From a bacterium (GTDB lineage: Bacteria; Pseudomonadota; Alphaproteobacteria; Rs-D84): a DNA stretch of 64,000 nt. Location: the NCBI GenBank assembly GCA_014803525.1, contig JAAVBP010000004.1, forward strand, positions 54,918 through 118,917, given 5' to 3'. The notes below the pieces were generated by a model. The model was not told where the DNA came from and did not search any database. It saw nothing but the letters and a program-made list of their open reading frames with translations. Below are positions 38,124-48,567 of this stretch, piece by piece (the first letter of the stretch is position 1; each line of letters begins with the position of its first letter). The position numbers and the translations under genes were made by a program.

Positions 38124-39623
38124 TTATTTATCCATCAACCTGTGATAAACGTTGTTATCAGTCAAGATTTTTACCGCAACCGCTGACGCCAACGCATCTT
38201 CGTCGGCACCACTGGTTATCACCGGACATCCACGTCGAATGGCATCCGCCGGAACGTCTGTTTTTGCATTAAAGTCAGATTTATTAAAATCGCCGTTCAA
38301 CACGTTTAAGAAAAACGCATCCTGTTGTGACGCCGAACGAATATTTGACAGACACACAACCGGGAACACACCGCGTCCATCAATCAAACGCCCCGCCCCA
38401 GTTTTTATCGATTTGTTTAATAATTCCAATGCCCCACCATCTGCCAGGTCAATTGTTGTCGCAATGCGCGCCGCGCCCGCCGTGGGTGTTCCAACCAATA
38501 CGCCACGCTCGGCATCATAAAACGCGGCGGCGATAGCTTCGGCCGTGCCACGCGTCTGATCAGATATTAAAACAACAACCGGCACATCTGTGACCGCAGC
38601 ACCACCGGGCACAACCTCTAATTCGTCACGGGCGGTTTCGACAATTCGCATGATGGGGCGCGCCCCCAGGAATAATCCCGCCAATTTTGCGGCCGCGCGT
38701 TCATCATCACCCGTTGTCGAACGCAGATCCAATATTATCGCGCCAATATCCGGATATTTGGCCAATGCCTCGTTCACAATGGCCGCCGCATTATCAGATG
38801 CATGATGTACAATTATCTCTAACACGCCACCATCGGTCCCAACGCCACGACGATGCACAACATCCGCATCCGCAATCACAACCGTCGCCCGACGCAAAAC
38901 CACGCGACGAGTGCCCGACGGGGTCGCCAAAGTAATTTTCGCCGTGCCGGAATTAAATCCGGACATCACGGCATCCAGTTCTGCATCCGACATTTCGGCC
39001 ACAGCCTGTCCATTTATATCTGTTATTAAATCATCCGCACTGATTCCGGCCAAATCAGCACCGGATCCCTTGTACACACCGGTGACGCGCAGATTTCCGC
39101 GCATATCACGTGCCCCGGTCAGGCCCGCACTGGTCAGCAATCGGCCGTCCTCGGTTAATTCGGCCTCGCGCGAATATATATATCGACCATTTTCATCAAT
39201 CCCGCGCATCAGTGCATCTACAACCGTTTGATACAGTTCACTGATGGATTTTTGGCGCAGCGTCGCATCACGTTCACGAATTTTTAAGACCAATGCCGTC
39301 GTGATTTCACCAAAGCTCTTCCAGTCACCGGCGGCGGGCCGTGGATAATTTGCAATAATATCGTCGCCCCAGACCAACACCACACGATTATCTGTTGCGG
39401 CGATATGGGCATTTTTATTCAGATTTTCCAAACTTTCAATCGCGATATTTACGTTTTTTCCGCCCCACTTTACACCATCCAGCTTTTCATAAATATCGGC
39501 AAAAGTCGCGGACGCATCCACGACATTTATGCCCTGCTGAACTGTTTCGCCTTCAAAGAATAAACTTTCTGCACGCAGCGGCGCCACAATGAATAAGGCC
39601 AACAAAGATAAAAATATCATTCT
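38124..39623 (-). CDS. S41-family (C-terminal processing) peptidase homolog with a PDZ domain; catalytic dyad apparently substituted
   Basis: Signal peptide, PDZ domain, IILDLRSTTGDD motif; the expected SASE...GKG positions read GTAE...GAAR. Confidence 0.7.
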   Translation of the reverse strand, partial: RMIFLSLLALFIVAPLRAESLFFEGETVQQGINVVDASATFADIYEKLDGVKWGGKNVNIAIESLENLNKNAHIAATDNRVVLVWGDDIIANYPRPAAGDWKSFGEITTALVLKIRERDATLRQKSISELYQTVVDALMRGIDENGRYIYSREAELTEDGRLLTSAGLTGARDMRGNLRVTGVYKGSGADLAGISADDLITDINGQAVAEMSDAELDAVMSGFNSGTAKITLATPSGTRRVVLRRATVVIADADVVHRRGVGTDGGVLEIIVHHASDNAAAIVNEALAKYPDIGAIILDLRSTTGDDERAAAKLAGLFLGARPIMRIVETARDELEVVPGGAAVTDVPVVVLISDQTRGTAEAIAAAFYDAERGVLVGTPTAGAARIATTIDLADGGALELLNKSIKTGAGRLIDGRGVFPVVCLSNIRSASQQDAFFLNVLNGDFNKSDFNAKTDVPADAIRRGCPVITSGADEDALASAVAVKILTDNNVYHRLMDK

Positions 39624-39664
39624 CATGCCAATCCCCCCATATAATTGCGGCGCCACAATATGCA

Positions 39665-40528
39665 TTAATATTTCGTCTCGCGCAGGTTAAAATGATACAG
39701 GATCACGTTCGAGATATAGATACTGGTAAGTGTTCCCATCACAATCGCAAATGTCATTGCGACCGCAAAATCCTTCAGCATCAAACCGCCAAAGAAATAC
39801 AACCCAACCATGGCCAGAATCGTAGACAAACTGGTCATAACGGTACGGTGCAACATTTCATTAATAGACAGATCAATCAATTCCGTCATCGGCATTTTAT
39901 GGTATTTCTTGATATTTTCATCAATGCGGTCATAGTTCACAACCTTGTCATTAATGGAATATCCGATACCCATCAGGATCACCGCAATGGATGTCTGGTT
40001 GAATTCCAATCCCACCACAGAAAAGAACCCAAACATCAAAATAAAGTCCAGAACCAGCGACACAAATGAACCCACAGCATATCCGCCACGATAACGAATC
40101 CAGATATACACACTCATTAATACAAACGATACCAATATAGCCAAGATACCGCCGCGAACCAATTCACCGCCGATTTTCGGGCCCACGATTTGCACCTGGG
40201 AATATTTAACCTTGTTGCCCAGAATTTCTTTGATTTCACGCACGCGCGCATTCTGCTGGGCGTCCGTCGCACCCTTGGGCAGGCCAACACGCAACAGAAC
40301 GGAACCACCGTCAACAGATTGCAATTCCGGACTGAACGCGGCCAGCGACTCGCGCATTTTATCAATGGTGTAATCTGCCGCAACCGGTGTCACCTCCATC
40401 GATATACCACCGGCAAAGTCAATGCCATAATTCAATCCGCGCGTTGCCAGTGACAATATGGAAACCGCCACCAAAATACCGGAAATCCAATATGACAACT
40501 TGCGATATTTCATAAAGTGAAATTTCAT
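39665..40528 (-). CDS. secF: protein translocase subunit SecF
   Basis: SecF 6-transmembrane topology and conserved motifs; immediately downstream of secD. Confidence 0.85.
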   Translation of the reverse strand: MKFHFMKYRKLSYWISGILVAVSILSLATRGLNYGIDFAGGISMEVTPVAADYTIDKMRESLAAFSPELQSVDGGSVLLRVGLPKGATDAQQNARVREIKEILGNKVKYSQVQIVGPKIGGELVRGGILAILVSFVLMSVYIWIRYRGGYAVGSFVSLVLDFILMFGFFSVVGLEFNQTSIAVILMGIGYSINDKVVNYDRIDENIKKYHKMPMTELIDLSINEMLHRTVMTSLSTILAMVGLYFFGGLMLKDFAVAMTFAIVMGTLTSIYISNVILYHFNLRETKY

Positions 40529-40550
40529 AACAATAACCCCTTGTCTACCT

Positions 40551-42113
40551 TTATTTAATATATCCGATCTTTTTGTTTTTACCATTCATGTACCAGTCGA
40601 TCATAACCTTGCTCAGTGCCAGGCATGTGAACAATGTCGTAATCACACCAATCGACAGTGTCACCGCAAACCCGCGAATTGGACCAGCACCAAATTGGAA
40701 TAAAATCAACGAACAGATCAAGTTGGTTAAATTACCGTCCATAACCGTCTTCATTGAACGATGGAAACCGGTATCGACCGCACGCAGGGTCGGAACGCCG
40801 GCGCGCACCTCGTCCCGGATACGTTCAAACGGCAAGATATTCGCGTCCACCGCCATACCCAATGTCAACACGATACCCGCAATACCCGGCAGTGTTAATG
40901 TCGCACCAAACAGCGCAGATATTCCGATTATCATGGCCAGATTTACCAACAATACAATGTCTGCAATCACACCAAAACCACGATAAAAGAATACCATGAA
41001 TATCAAAACAAACAGCACACCAACCGCCGAACCGATTTTACCCTGGGCAATTGTATCCGCCCCCAGTCCCGCACCAACCGTGCGTTCTTCGACAACAGAC
41101 AATGGCGCCGGCAACGCACCACTGCGCAGCAATACCGCCAGGTCTTTTGCCTGTTGCAGTGTAAATCCACCGGAAATCTGGCCGCGACCACCCGGTATCG
41201 GTTCACGAATAACCGGGGCCGACAAAACTTTGCCGTCCAAGACGATCGCAAAGCGTTCACCCACATGTTCAGTTGTCAGTTTTGCAAACCGGCGCGCGCC
41301 CGTGCTGTCGAACACTGTGGACACAACCGGCATATTATTCTGGTCAAAGTCCGCCTGGGAATCTTTCAATGATTCACCCGATACCTCTACACGTGAATAG
41401 ACCGGAACCATACGTTCGCCCATATCTTCATCGTCCATGTATGGCAAAAACTCCGTTCCCGCCGGGGCGCGTCCCAACGCCATCTGTTCATTCGTTACAT
41501 TTTCATTTACCAGATGGAACGTCATCTTGGCCGTCTGACCAATCAGCTCTTTGATATGTTCCGGATTGTCGACACCCGGCAACTGGATCAAAATGTATTT
41601 ACCACCCTGGGTTTGGATTGACGGTTCCTTGGTCCCCAGCGCATCAATACGACGACGAACGATTTCAATACTGCGCGCCAATGCGTCCGCAACCAGTTCT
41701 TCGCGTTGTTTATCCGAATAAGATAATTTGATCGTATTTCCATCCGATGCAATATCAACAGATGTCCCCAGAACACTTTTCAGACGTCCCTTGGCCTTTG
41801 ACACATCTGCCCCATCACGCACGACAAAAGACACCGTTCCATCAACATTACGCAGATTTGAAAAACGGATTACACCCTTGTCCCGGTCAATTAATGATGC
41901 GCGCACATCTTCGTACAACTGGGCCGACTTTTCACGCATCATTGTATCGGTATCAACCTCTAACAACAATTGCGCACCACCCTTTAAATCCAACCCCAGT
42001 GGTATTGGACGAATCCACGAAGGAAAATATTTGGCCGCATTGGGGCTCATTGTCGGCACCGCCAGCAATACACAAAACACTGCAACAAATACTATCGCCA
42101 GTTTTTTAAACAT
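40551..42113 (-). CDS. secD: protein translocase subunit SecD
   Basis: Large periplasmic domain plus C-terminal transmembrane bundle typical of SecD. Confidence 0.85.
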   Translation of the reverse strand: MFKKLAIVFVAVFCVLLAVPTMSPNAAKYFPSWIRPIPLGLDLKGGAQLLLEVDTDTMMREKSAQLYEDVRASLIDRDKGVIRFSNLRNVDGTVSFVVRDGADVSKAKGRLKSVLGTSVDIASDGNTIKLSYSDKQREELVADALARSIEIVRRRIDALGTKEPSIQTQGGKYILIQLPGVDNPEHIKELIGQTAKMTFHLVNENVTNEQMALGRAPAGTEFLPYMDDEDMGERMVPVYSRVEVSGESLKDSQADFDQNNMPVVSTVFDSTGARRFAKLTTEHVGERFAIVLDGKVLSAPVIREPIPGGRGQISGGFTLQQAKDLAVLLRSGALPAPLSVVEERTVGAGLGADTIAQGKIGSAVGVLFVLIFMVFFYRGFGVIADIVLLVNLAMIIGISALFGATLTLPGIAGIVLTLGMAVDANILPFERIRDEVRAGVPTLRAVDTGFHRSMKTVMDGNLTNLICSLILFQFGAGPIRGFAVTLSIGVITTLFTCLALSKVMIDWYMNGKNKKIGYIK

Positions 42114-42135
42114 TCGCTTTACCCTTACCTAATTA

Positions 42136-42444
42136 TTATTCAACACTTGCGACGGCGTTCTTGTTAACTTCAATCACGACGCCCTTTGCAATCTCTAACT
42201 CCAGCGTTTTGTCCCCCACCTTTTTAACCGTGCCGTAAATTCCGGCGGCCATCACACGATTGCCAACCTTGATAGAATCCAGCATTTTTTTATATTCGGC
42301 CATGCGACGCTTGTTCGGGCGCACCATAAACAGATAGATAATTGCAAACACAATCGCCAGATAAATCAGCATCCCCCAGATATCATTTTTCGGGGCCGCC
42401 GCGGCCGCATTATTTGTGGCAACAACGATATTTTCAGCTTCCAT
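42136..42444 (-). CDS. yajC: preprotein translocase subunit YajC
   Basis: Single transmembrane segment followed by the YajC-type beta domain; upstream of secD. Confidence 0.8.
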   Translation of the reverse strand: MEAENIVVATNNAAAAAPKNDIWGMLIYLAIVFAIIYLFMVRPNKRRMAEYKKMLDSIKVGNRVMAAGIYGTVKKVGDKTLELEIAKGVVIEVNKNAVASVE

Positions 42445-42525
42445 TTCAATTTCTCCTTGATCTTTTTATAATCATCAGAATAGACAAAATCACAACATCT
42501 GTAAAGGAAATAGTTACGTCCCACC

Positions 42526-44331
42526 CTAGCCCCGCTCGAACCATCCGTCGATTTCATGCATCGGTATAATTTTATAGACCGGGCGGCCATGATTACATTG
42601 TCCCGCACGCGCGGTATTTTCAATATCACGCATCAATGCGATCATTTGTTCGGTATCCAAACGTTGCCCCGCGCGCACACTGTGATGGCATGCAAAATTC
42701 GCCAATTTTAGATGTAATTTTTCCTGTAATTTCGATGATGCGCCGTTTGCCCGCACCTCGTCCGCGACGGCATGCAAAACACTTGCCCAATCCAAATCCC
42801 AGTCGGCAGGCTTTTCAGAAATCGCGATCGCATCCATGCCGAATTCTTCGACCTTTAGACCACATGCCGCCAATTCATCCGCCACATCGATCACCGCCGC
42901 CACATCTTCGGCGCGCAGTGTCACAACAATCGGTGTTAACAACGGCTGGACCTTGATCTGGTGCGTGCGCAGACGTTCATATGTAATGCGTTCATGTGCG
43001 GCATGCTGATCAATAATAATCAAATCGTCACCGCGTGCGGCGATAATATATTTATTTGCAAATTGACCAATCGGCCGCCCCAATGGAAATTTATCAAATA
43101 TATCAGACGGCGCTGTTTCCGGATGCGAATGCACCGGTACAGATGCGGGCCGCGCAGCAAAATCAGACGCAAACATGCCGCCACTGGATATGTTTTTTAC
43201 AGGCTGGCACACACGCATTGCGGCCGGTGCCGCAGGCGACGACGATGGCATTGGGGTTAAATGAAAATCGGTATACGGCCGCAATGTCTGCTGTACCGGT
43301 GCGGGCGAAATGTTTGGCGGTATCGGCGATGCCGGCGCGACGATTTCGGCCGCCACATCCATCGTTTCGGCCAACTTTGCACGCAGTGTTTTTATAATAA
43401 ACGCGCGCACATGTGCAGGTTCCAGAAAATGCACCTCTGTCTTGGCGGGCGACACATTCACATCAACATTTCGCGGATCCAGTGTCAAATACAATGCGCA
43501 CAGCGGAAATTCACGCGCATGCATCACATCCATATAGGCAGCCCTCAGGGCGCCGACCAAAACCTTGTCCTTGACCGGGCGACCATTTACAAACAAATAC
43601 TGATCAATTGACGATGCACGCCGCAATGTCGGCTTGGAAATAAAACCCGTCAGTTTCATTGACGCATCCGACCCAGATGCGGCATCCACGCGCAGCATAT
43701 TACCACGCACATCCGCGCCCATAACGTCCGCAATACGATGCTCTAATTCATCGCCCTTTGGAAAGCGCCACCGATCATTTAACATAAACCCAACATCAGG
43801 CCGCGCCATGGCCAGACGCTTTACAACCTCTAACACACTGGCCAATTCCGCCCGATCCGCCCGCAGGAATTTTAACCGTGCCGGTGTTTTTCCAAACAGA
43901 TTTTTTACCCGTACGCGCGTGCCGGCGTCCCAGGAACTGGGGCGAACTTCACCAGTCGTGGCATCAATCTGCCATCCGGTGTCATCCGCCCCACGTCGCG
44001 TATCAATCGTCATGTCGGCGACCGACGCGATTGATGGCAATGCCTCGCCCCGGAAACCCATAAAGTTTATATTTAGCAAATCATCATCGGGTAATTTCGA
44101 TGTCGCATGACGTGTTATTGCGGTTTGCAAATCATCGCGCGTCATCCCTGCGCCATTATCAATAACAGATATCAGTGTGCGTCCACCATCGGCGACATCA
44201 ACAACAATCTGGTCTGCACCCGCATCCAGCGCATTTTCCACCAATTCTTTGACGACCGACGCGGGACGCTCGACCACCTCGCCTGCGGCGATTTGGTTGA
44301 TTAAATAATCCGGTAAAACGCGTACAACCAT
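42526..44331 (-). CDS. mutL: DNA mismatch repair protein MutL
   Basis: GHKL ATPase N-terminus (INQIAAGEVVERPASVVKELVENALDAGA); MutL C-terminal dimerisation domain. Confidence 0.9.
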   Translation of the reverse strand: MVVRVLPDYLINQIAAGEVVERPASVVKELVENALDAGADQIVVDVADGGRTLISVIDNGAGMTRDDLQTAITRHATSKLPDDDLLNINFMGFRGEALPSIASVADMTIDTRRGADDTGWQIDATTGEVRPSSWDAGTRVRVKNLFGKTPARLKFLRADRAELASVLEVVKRLAMARPDVGFMLNDRWRFPKGDELEHRIADVMGADVRGNMLRVDAASGSDASMKLTGFISKPTLRRASSIDQYLFVNGRPVKDKVLVGALRAAYMDVMHAREFPLCALYLTLDPRNVDVNVSPAKTEVHFLEPAHVRAFIIKTLRAKLAETMDVAAEIVAPASPIPPNISPAPVQQTLRPYTDFHLTPMPSSSPAAPAAMRVCQPVKNISSGGMFASDFAARPASVPVHSHPETAPSDIFDKFPLGRPIGQFANKYIIAARGDDLIIIDQHAAHERITYERLRTHQIKVQPLLTPIVVTLRAEDVAAVIDVADELAACGLKVEEFGMDAIAISEKPADWDLDWASVLHAVADEVRANGASSKLQEKLHLKLANFACHHSVRAGQRLDTEQMIALMRDIENTARAGQCNHGRPVYKIIPMHEIDGWFERG

Positions 44332-44339
44332 TTTGTGAA

Positions 44340-44810
44340 TTAATCCTTGAACGTGACGGATAGTATTTCATATTCACGTTCACCCGACGGCAGACGCACC
44401 ACACACGTATCACCCACGCACCGCCCGATAAGGGCCCGTCCCATCGGTGACGTACATGAAATAACGCTGCGCCCGTCGGATTCGATATCGGACAAAATGC
44501 GGCATTGCATACGGTTACCATCATCGTCTTCGGCAACAACCTTGGCACCGAACACGACGCGATCCCCAGACAGCGATTCCACATCAATCACCTCGGCATT
44601 TCCGATAAAGTTTTCAATAAACTGGATCCGCTTGTCAATTTGGCGCTGTTTTTCCTTGGCCGCACTGTAATCTGCGTTTTCAGACAAATCGCCCAAGCTT
44701 CGCGCCCACTGAACCGTTTTCAAGATCTCTGGGCGTTGAACCTCTTTTAAATCCTTTAATTCTTTGATCAGCGCATCAAATCCTGCACGTGAAATTGGTT
44801 TCTTTTCCAT
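44340..44810 (-). CDS. greA: transcription elongation factor GreA
   Basis: GreA coiled-coil plus FKBP-like C-terminal domain; DLSENADY motif. Confidence 0.9.
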   Translation of the reverse strand: MEKKPISRAGFDALIKELKDLKEVQRPEILKTVQWARSLGDLSENADYSAAKEKQRQIDKRIQFIENFIGNAEVIDVESLSGDRVVFGAKVVAEDDDGNRMQCRILSDIESDGRSVISCTSPMGRALIGRCVGDTCVVRLPSGEREYEILSVTFKD

Positions 44811-44893
44811 TTTGCTTTCCTGTATTTTATTGGGGAATTATAAGCATTCATTTTAATTTTGCAATTATCAATTCAAGGATATATACTAAAAAG

Positions 44894-45955
44894 ACTATGT
44901 TTAAGTTCAATATTCTAAACCGATTTTTAATGCGGCGTTTTTTCTCGGGCTTTGGCCTGGTGATGTTAATTGTTGGCGGGATAATATTGGCGGTTACATT
45001 TGTGGAACGCCTGCCGGCGAATCCGGATGTACCGGCGGCAATGTTTGACGCATGGATGCGATTGCTGGAATACGTACCAATGTTTTTGCCAATGGCGGTG
45101 TTTATGGGGACACTCTTGGCATCGTATAATTTAACCAAGTCCACCGAAAGCATTATTGTATCCAGTGCGGGCCTGTCCCCGTATCAGGCGGCGCGGCCAT
45201 TACTGCTGGGGGCGGCAATTATCGGCATCGTTGCAACAACGGCGGTCAATCCATATTCGGTTTCATTGGCAACACGTAATATATCCGCATCACAACTGCG
45301 TCTGGTTGATGACACAATATGGCTGCGCGATGCATCAGATTCCGGATTTATCACGATGCAGGCAATCGGCATGCACACCACCCCCGACAGTTTGGTTTTC
45401 GAAAATGCCAGTCTGTATGTGCAAAACGAAAAATTTAAAATAACCCAGCGTATTGTGGCCGATGAAATAACACTGACAAACGATGGATTCAGCACAACAT
45501 CTGCCAATATATGGGATGATATGGGCCGCATGCACACGGGCGCCTGGCACAGCCCCAGTTTACTAAACCCGCAAAACGTATTGGACCGATATCTGCAACC
45601 GGACCAAATATCATTTTGGCAGTTACCCGGATTTATCCACAAAATGTCAACCATCGGCGTGCCGGTGCGCGGCCATTTGATTCAGTTCTGGACATTATTG
45701 TTTTTACCATTGAACATGATTGCGATGGCATCACTTGGGGTGGCGTTTTCCCAAACGCGCCAACGTCGTAATTATTCATTCAGTGTGAAATTCAGCCTGG
45801 GGATAATCACGTGCTTTGCATTATATTTCATATTGAATATGTTTAATGCACTGGGGGCGACAGGCACATTGCCGCCGCTGCTGGCGGTGGTGGCGCCACC
45901 CATTATCATCATTGCAGGCGCCGGCGCATTTATCGCCAGTTTTGATACAATATAA
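44894..45955 (+). CDS. LPS export ABC permease, LptF/LptG (YjgP/YjgQ) family
   Basis: MFKFNILNRFLMRRF N-terminus; 6-transmembrane permease with a periplasmic beta-jellyroll. Confidence 0.75.
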   Translation, partial: TMFKFNILNRFLMRRFFSGFGLVMLIVGGIILAVTFVERLPANPDVPAAMFDAWMRLLEYVPMFLPMAVFMGTLLASYNLTKSTESIIVSSAGLSPYQAARPLLLGAAIIGIVATTAVNPYSVSLATRNISASQLRLVDDTIWLRDASDSGFITMQAIGMHTTPDSLVFENASLYVQNEKFKITQRIVADEITLTNDGFSTTSANIWDDMGRMHTGAWHSPSLLNPQNVLDRYLQPDQISFWQLPGFIHKMSTIGVPVRGHLIQFWTLLFLPLNMIAMASLGVAFSQTRQRRNYSFSVKFSLGIITCFALYFILNMFNALGATGTLPPLLAVVAPPIIIIAGAGAFIASFDTI

Positions 45956-45978
45956 CAAAATAAACGCAGGGAAAACAC

Positions 45979-46116
45979 TATGCCGTTAAAGAAAAAACAT
46001 AATACAAAACTTCGCAATCGCATAATTATCGGCGCCGTTGTTATTGCACTGGTTGCGCTGATGATAATATCGTTCCCACCGGCCCAGAATGTCACGGAAA
46101 TCGTGCTGTACCCATG
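45979..46116 (+). CDS. possible small membrane protein (45 aa)
   Basis: Short ORF MPLKKKHNTKLRNRIIIGAVVIALVALMIISF... between lptF/G and xer; not in the ORF track. Confidence 0.25.
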
Positions 46117-46983
46117 AAGTATATAGAATTATATATCGAAGCCATCGCCGCCGAACGTGGACGCAGCGAAAACACCCTGGCCGCGTATTCATCTGATTTA
46201 ATTGCGGCGAACATGGGCATATCCGGCGGACTGATGACCGCATCGGCGGCTGATTTGATGGAATATCTGGCGGCCCTGCCCGACAAATCATCATCCATCG
46301 CGCGCAAGGCCAGCGCCCTGCGCGGGTTTTACAAATTTTTAATGCTGGAAAAAATAATCTCTGAAAACCCAGCCGCGGATTTAGAGGTGCCAAAGCGTGA
46401 AAAGTTATTACCAAAACTATTAACGCTGGATGAAATCGAATTGCTGATATCATCGGCGGGCGACACACGACATTCAACGCGTCTGCGTGCGATGATTGAA
46501 TTGCTGTATGCATCGGGCCTGCGCGTGTCGGAATTATGTACATTGCCGACAACGGCGGTGCTTGGCGATCGATTATTAATTCATGGCAAAGGCGCCAAGG
46601 AACGCATGGTCCCGATGCACGCTGGTGCGGCGGCGGCGCTCGCCAAATGGATGGAAATTCGTGGTGATACAGATTCTAAATATGTATTCCCGTCAAACGG
46701 TGCATCAGGCCATATAACACGCGACGGATTTTTCAAGATTTTGAAAAAATGCGCAACTCTTGCCGGCATATCGCCCGCACGCGTGTCACCGCACGTACTG
46801 CGCCATTCGTTTGCGTCGCATTTGCTGGCGGGGGGTGCAAACCTGCGCGCGATCCAGACAATGCTGGGGCACGAAGATATTGCAACAACACAAATCTATA
46901 CGCACGTAATGCCGGACAGATTAATTCAGACGATGGAAAATTGCCATCCGTTGGGGCATAAAAATACAGGAACAAAAGAATGA
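46114..46983 (+). CDS. tyrosine site-specific recombinase XerC/XerD
   Basis: R..HxxR..Y catalytic motifs (HVLRHSFASHLL...TQIYTHV). Confidence 0.85.
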   Translation: MKYIELYIEAIAAERGRSENTLAAYSSDLIAANMGISGGLMTASAADLMEYLAALPDKSSSIARKASALRGFYKFLMLEKIISENPAADLEVPKREKLLPKLLTLDEIELLISSAGDTRHSTRLRAMIELLYASGLRVSELCTLPTTAVLGDRLLIHGKGAKERMVPMHAGAAAALAKWMEIRGDTDSKYVFPSNGASGHITRDGFFKILKKCATLAGISPARVSPHVLRHSFASHLLAGGANLRAIQTMLGHEDIATTQIYTHVMPDRLIQTMENCHPLGHKNTGTKE

Positions 46984-47483
46984 TAAAAAAATGTGAACAT
47001 GCGGGCTGTACCAAGGCCGGAACATGCCGTGCACCAAAAACGCGCGACTTAAAAGAATACTGGTATTTCTGCCAGGAACACGCGGCCGAATATAACAAGA
47101 ATTGGAATTTCTATGCCGACATGACCCCAGACGAAATCGAAGAAGACTGGGAACGCCAGGTATTTGGCGCACCCCTGCGAGACAAGGCGGCCGCCAATCG
47201 CGACGCCGACGATTACGTAAAATTTATCAACGATTTCATCACAGGCCGCAGCAGCTTTGACCACCGCGCAACCCCATCAAAAACATCCGGGCCCGTCACA
47301 TCTGCGTTACAGACATTGGGCTTGGCGCCGACGGCATCGTGGCGCGATGTGGGTGCGCGTTATCGAATGCTAGCCAAAAAATATCACCCGGATACGGCGG
47401 CAGATAAAGAAAACGCCGCGGCCGAATTTACCAAGATTTCCGCCGCATACGAACTGCTGAAAAAGCATTTCGGGAAAAAGTAA
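46980..47483 (+). CDS. J-domain protein with a Cys-rich N-terminus
   Basis: C-terminal J domain (YRMLAKKYHPDT, HPD motif); overlaps the xer stop codon. Confidence 0.65.
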   Translation: MIKKCEHAGCTKAGTCRAPKTRDLKEYWYFCQEHAAEYNKNWNFYADMTPDEIEEDWERQVFGAPLRDKAAANRDADDYVKFINDFITGRSSFDHRATPSKTSGPVTSALQTLGLAPTASWRDVGARYRMLAKKYHPDTAADKENAAAEFTKISAAYELLKKHFGKK

Positions 47484-47513
47484 TACCAACCGGCCACAGA
47501 TGTCTGATAACAG

Positions 47514-47548
47514 GTAAAAAACACCGGGAAACCCCGGCGTTTTTTTAT
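47514..47548. terminator. bidirectional intrinsic terminator (caccgggaaaccccggcg + T-run)
   Basis: Hairpin with flanking A and T runs. Confidence 0.65.
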
Positions 47549-47553
47549 TTATT

Positions 47554-47844
47554 TTACAATACGGCATCCACAGCCTGTTTTGTCATTCGCAAAAAATCTC
47601 GTTTTTTTATATATCGTTTTTCCAGTACGCGAACCTGTTTCATCTTGTATCCCATTATAAACATGTTTTCCAGTATCTCTATCGGGATTTCTGTTATGCC
47701 GTGTTCGTATTCAAACATCTCGTGCGGGGTTACGCGTAATAATTCCGCCGCATCATCGGTTGGCATACCGCAAACGCGTCGGGCGCGACGCAGCATTGCG
47801 CCCATACGACCGGCTGTTTCATTGATTTGTTTATATTTTGCCAT
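47554..47844 (-). CDS. small XRE-family HTH transcriptional regulator (paralog family member)
   Basis: HTH pattern GAMLRRARRVCGMPTDDAAELLRV...; AAGGAG Shine-Dalgarno. Confidence 0.7.
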   Translation of the reverse strand: MAKYKQINETAGRMGAMLRRARRVCGMPTDDAAELLRVTPHEMFEYEHGITEIPIEILENMFIMGYKMKQVRVLEKRYIKKRDFLRMTKQAVDAVL

Positions 47845-48075
47845 GTGTTTTCTCCTTACTTTTTGTTAATAAAAAAAGCCCGCTTTGACGAGAAGCGGTT
47901 GGAGGTTCAAAACTATTCGATCGATAGCGCTGTTTATTTATGTATATCACAGCCCTCCAACCGAGTTGGAGTTTTGACCGATGAGGTTTTGAAGCCTCGC
48001 GCCGGGCGTCACCCGATGCATACATATTATATCGGATTGTTTTCAGATTTGCAAATTATTATAGCCACCCCCCGG
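47845..48075 (-). promoter_or_regulatory. conserved structured leader element, copy L3
   Basis: TTGCAA at 48069-48074, 17-nt spacer, TATAAT at 48046-48051 (minus strand); conserved helices; ccgcttctcgtcaaagcgg + T-run terminator; Shine-Dalgarno. Confidence 0.6.
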
Positions 48076-48560
48076 TGCTACGCACCACCCCCCCGCCAAC
48101 GGCGGTGGGCATTATACCGAGCCTAGCACCAAGCTAATGGCCCCCGCCCGGGCGGGGGCTGGCGTGTGAAACACGACTGGGGGTGGCCAATATTTTCTGG
48201 ATTGCGACGGCTGCACTCCTTTTGTCACTCCCGCGCAGGCGGGAGTGGGTCTATTAAATTAATACTTCTTTGTTCTGATGTATGCACGAATGCAAAAATA
48301 GGAAAAAACTAAACAACTTTATAGACCCTATTCCTGCCTTCGCAGGAATGACAAATTTGCCACCCCCGGTGCTACGCACCACCCCCCGCAATACACCCAA
48401 AAAAACATCCGTTTTTGCGGGGCCCAGAAACGGCGGTGGGCATTGGTATGTCACAAGCATGAATAACTTTTGCACTCTTTCGCTATTCTCTTTTTCACTA
48501 AAAAAACGCCGGCAACTGCCGGGCCCCGCGGAAATATAATTTCCGTGGGTGGATTTCCGG
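48076..48560. repeat. cluster of GC-rich palindromic repeat modules, including an about 170-bp segment nearly identical to 1890-2060
   Basis: Direct comparison: gccaccccc(c)ggtgctacgcaccaccccccgcaat(a/c)cacccaaaaaaacatccgtttttg..cccagaaacggcggtgggcat...tttttcactaaaaaaacg + terminator hairpin. Confidence 0.65.
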
Positions 48561-48567
48561 CGTTTTT

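Noticed and set aside
46114-46983. Integrase marking a mobile element
   Set aside because: The protein has the full XerC/XerD-type catalytic signature and sits among core genes (lptF/G, the J-domain protein). It is a chromosomal dimer-resolution recombinase rather than a phage integrase.
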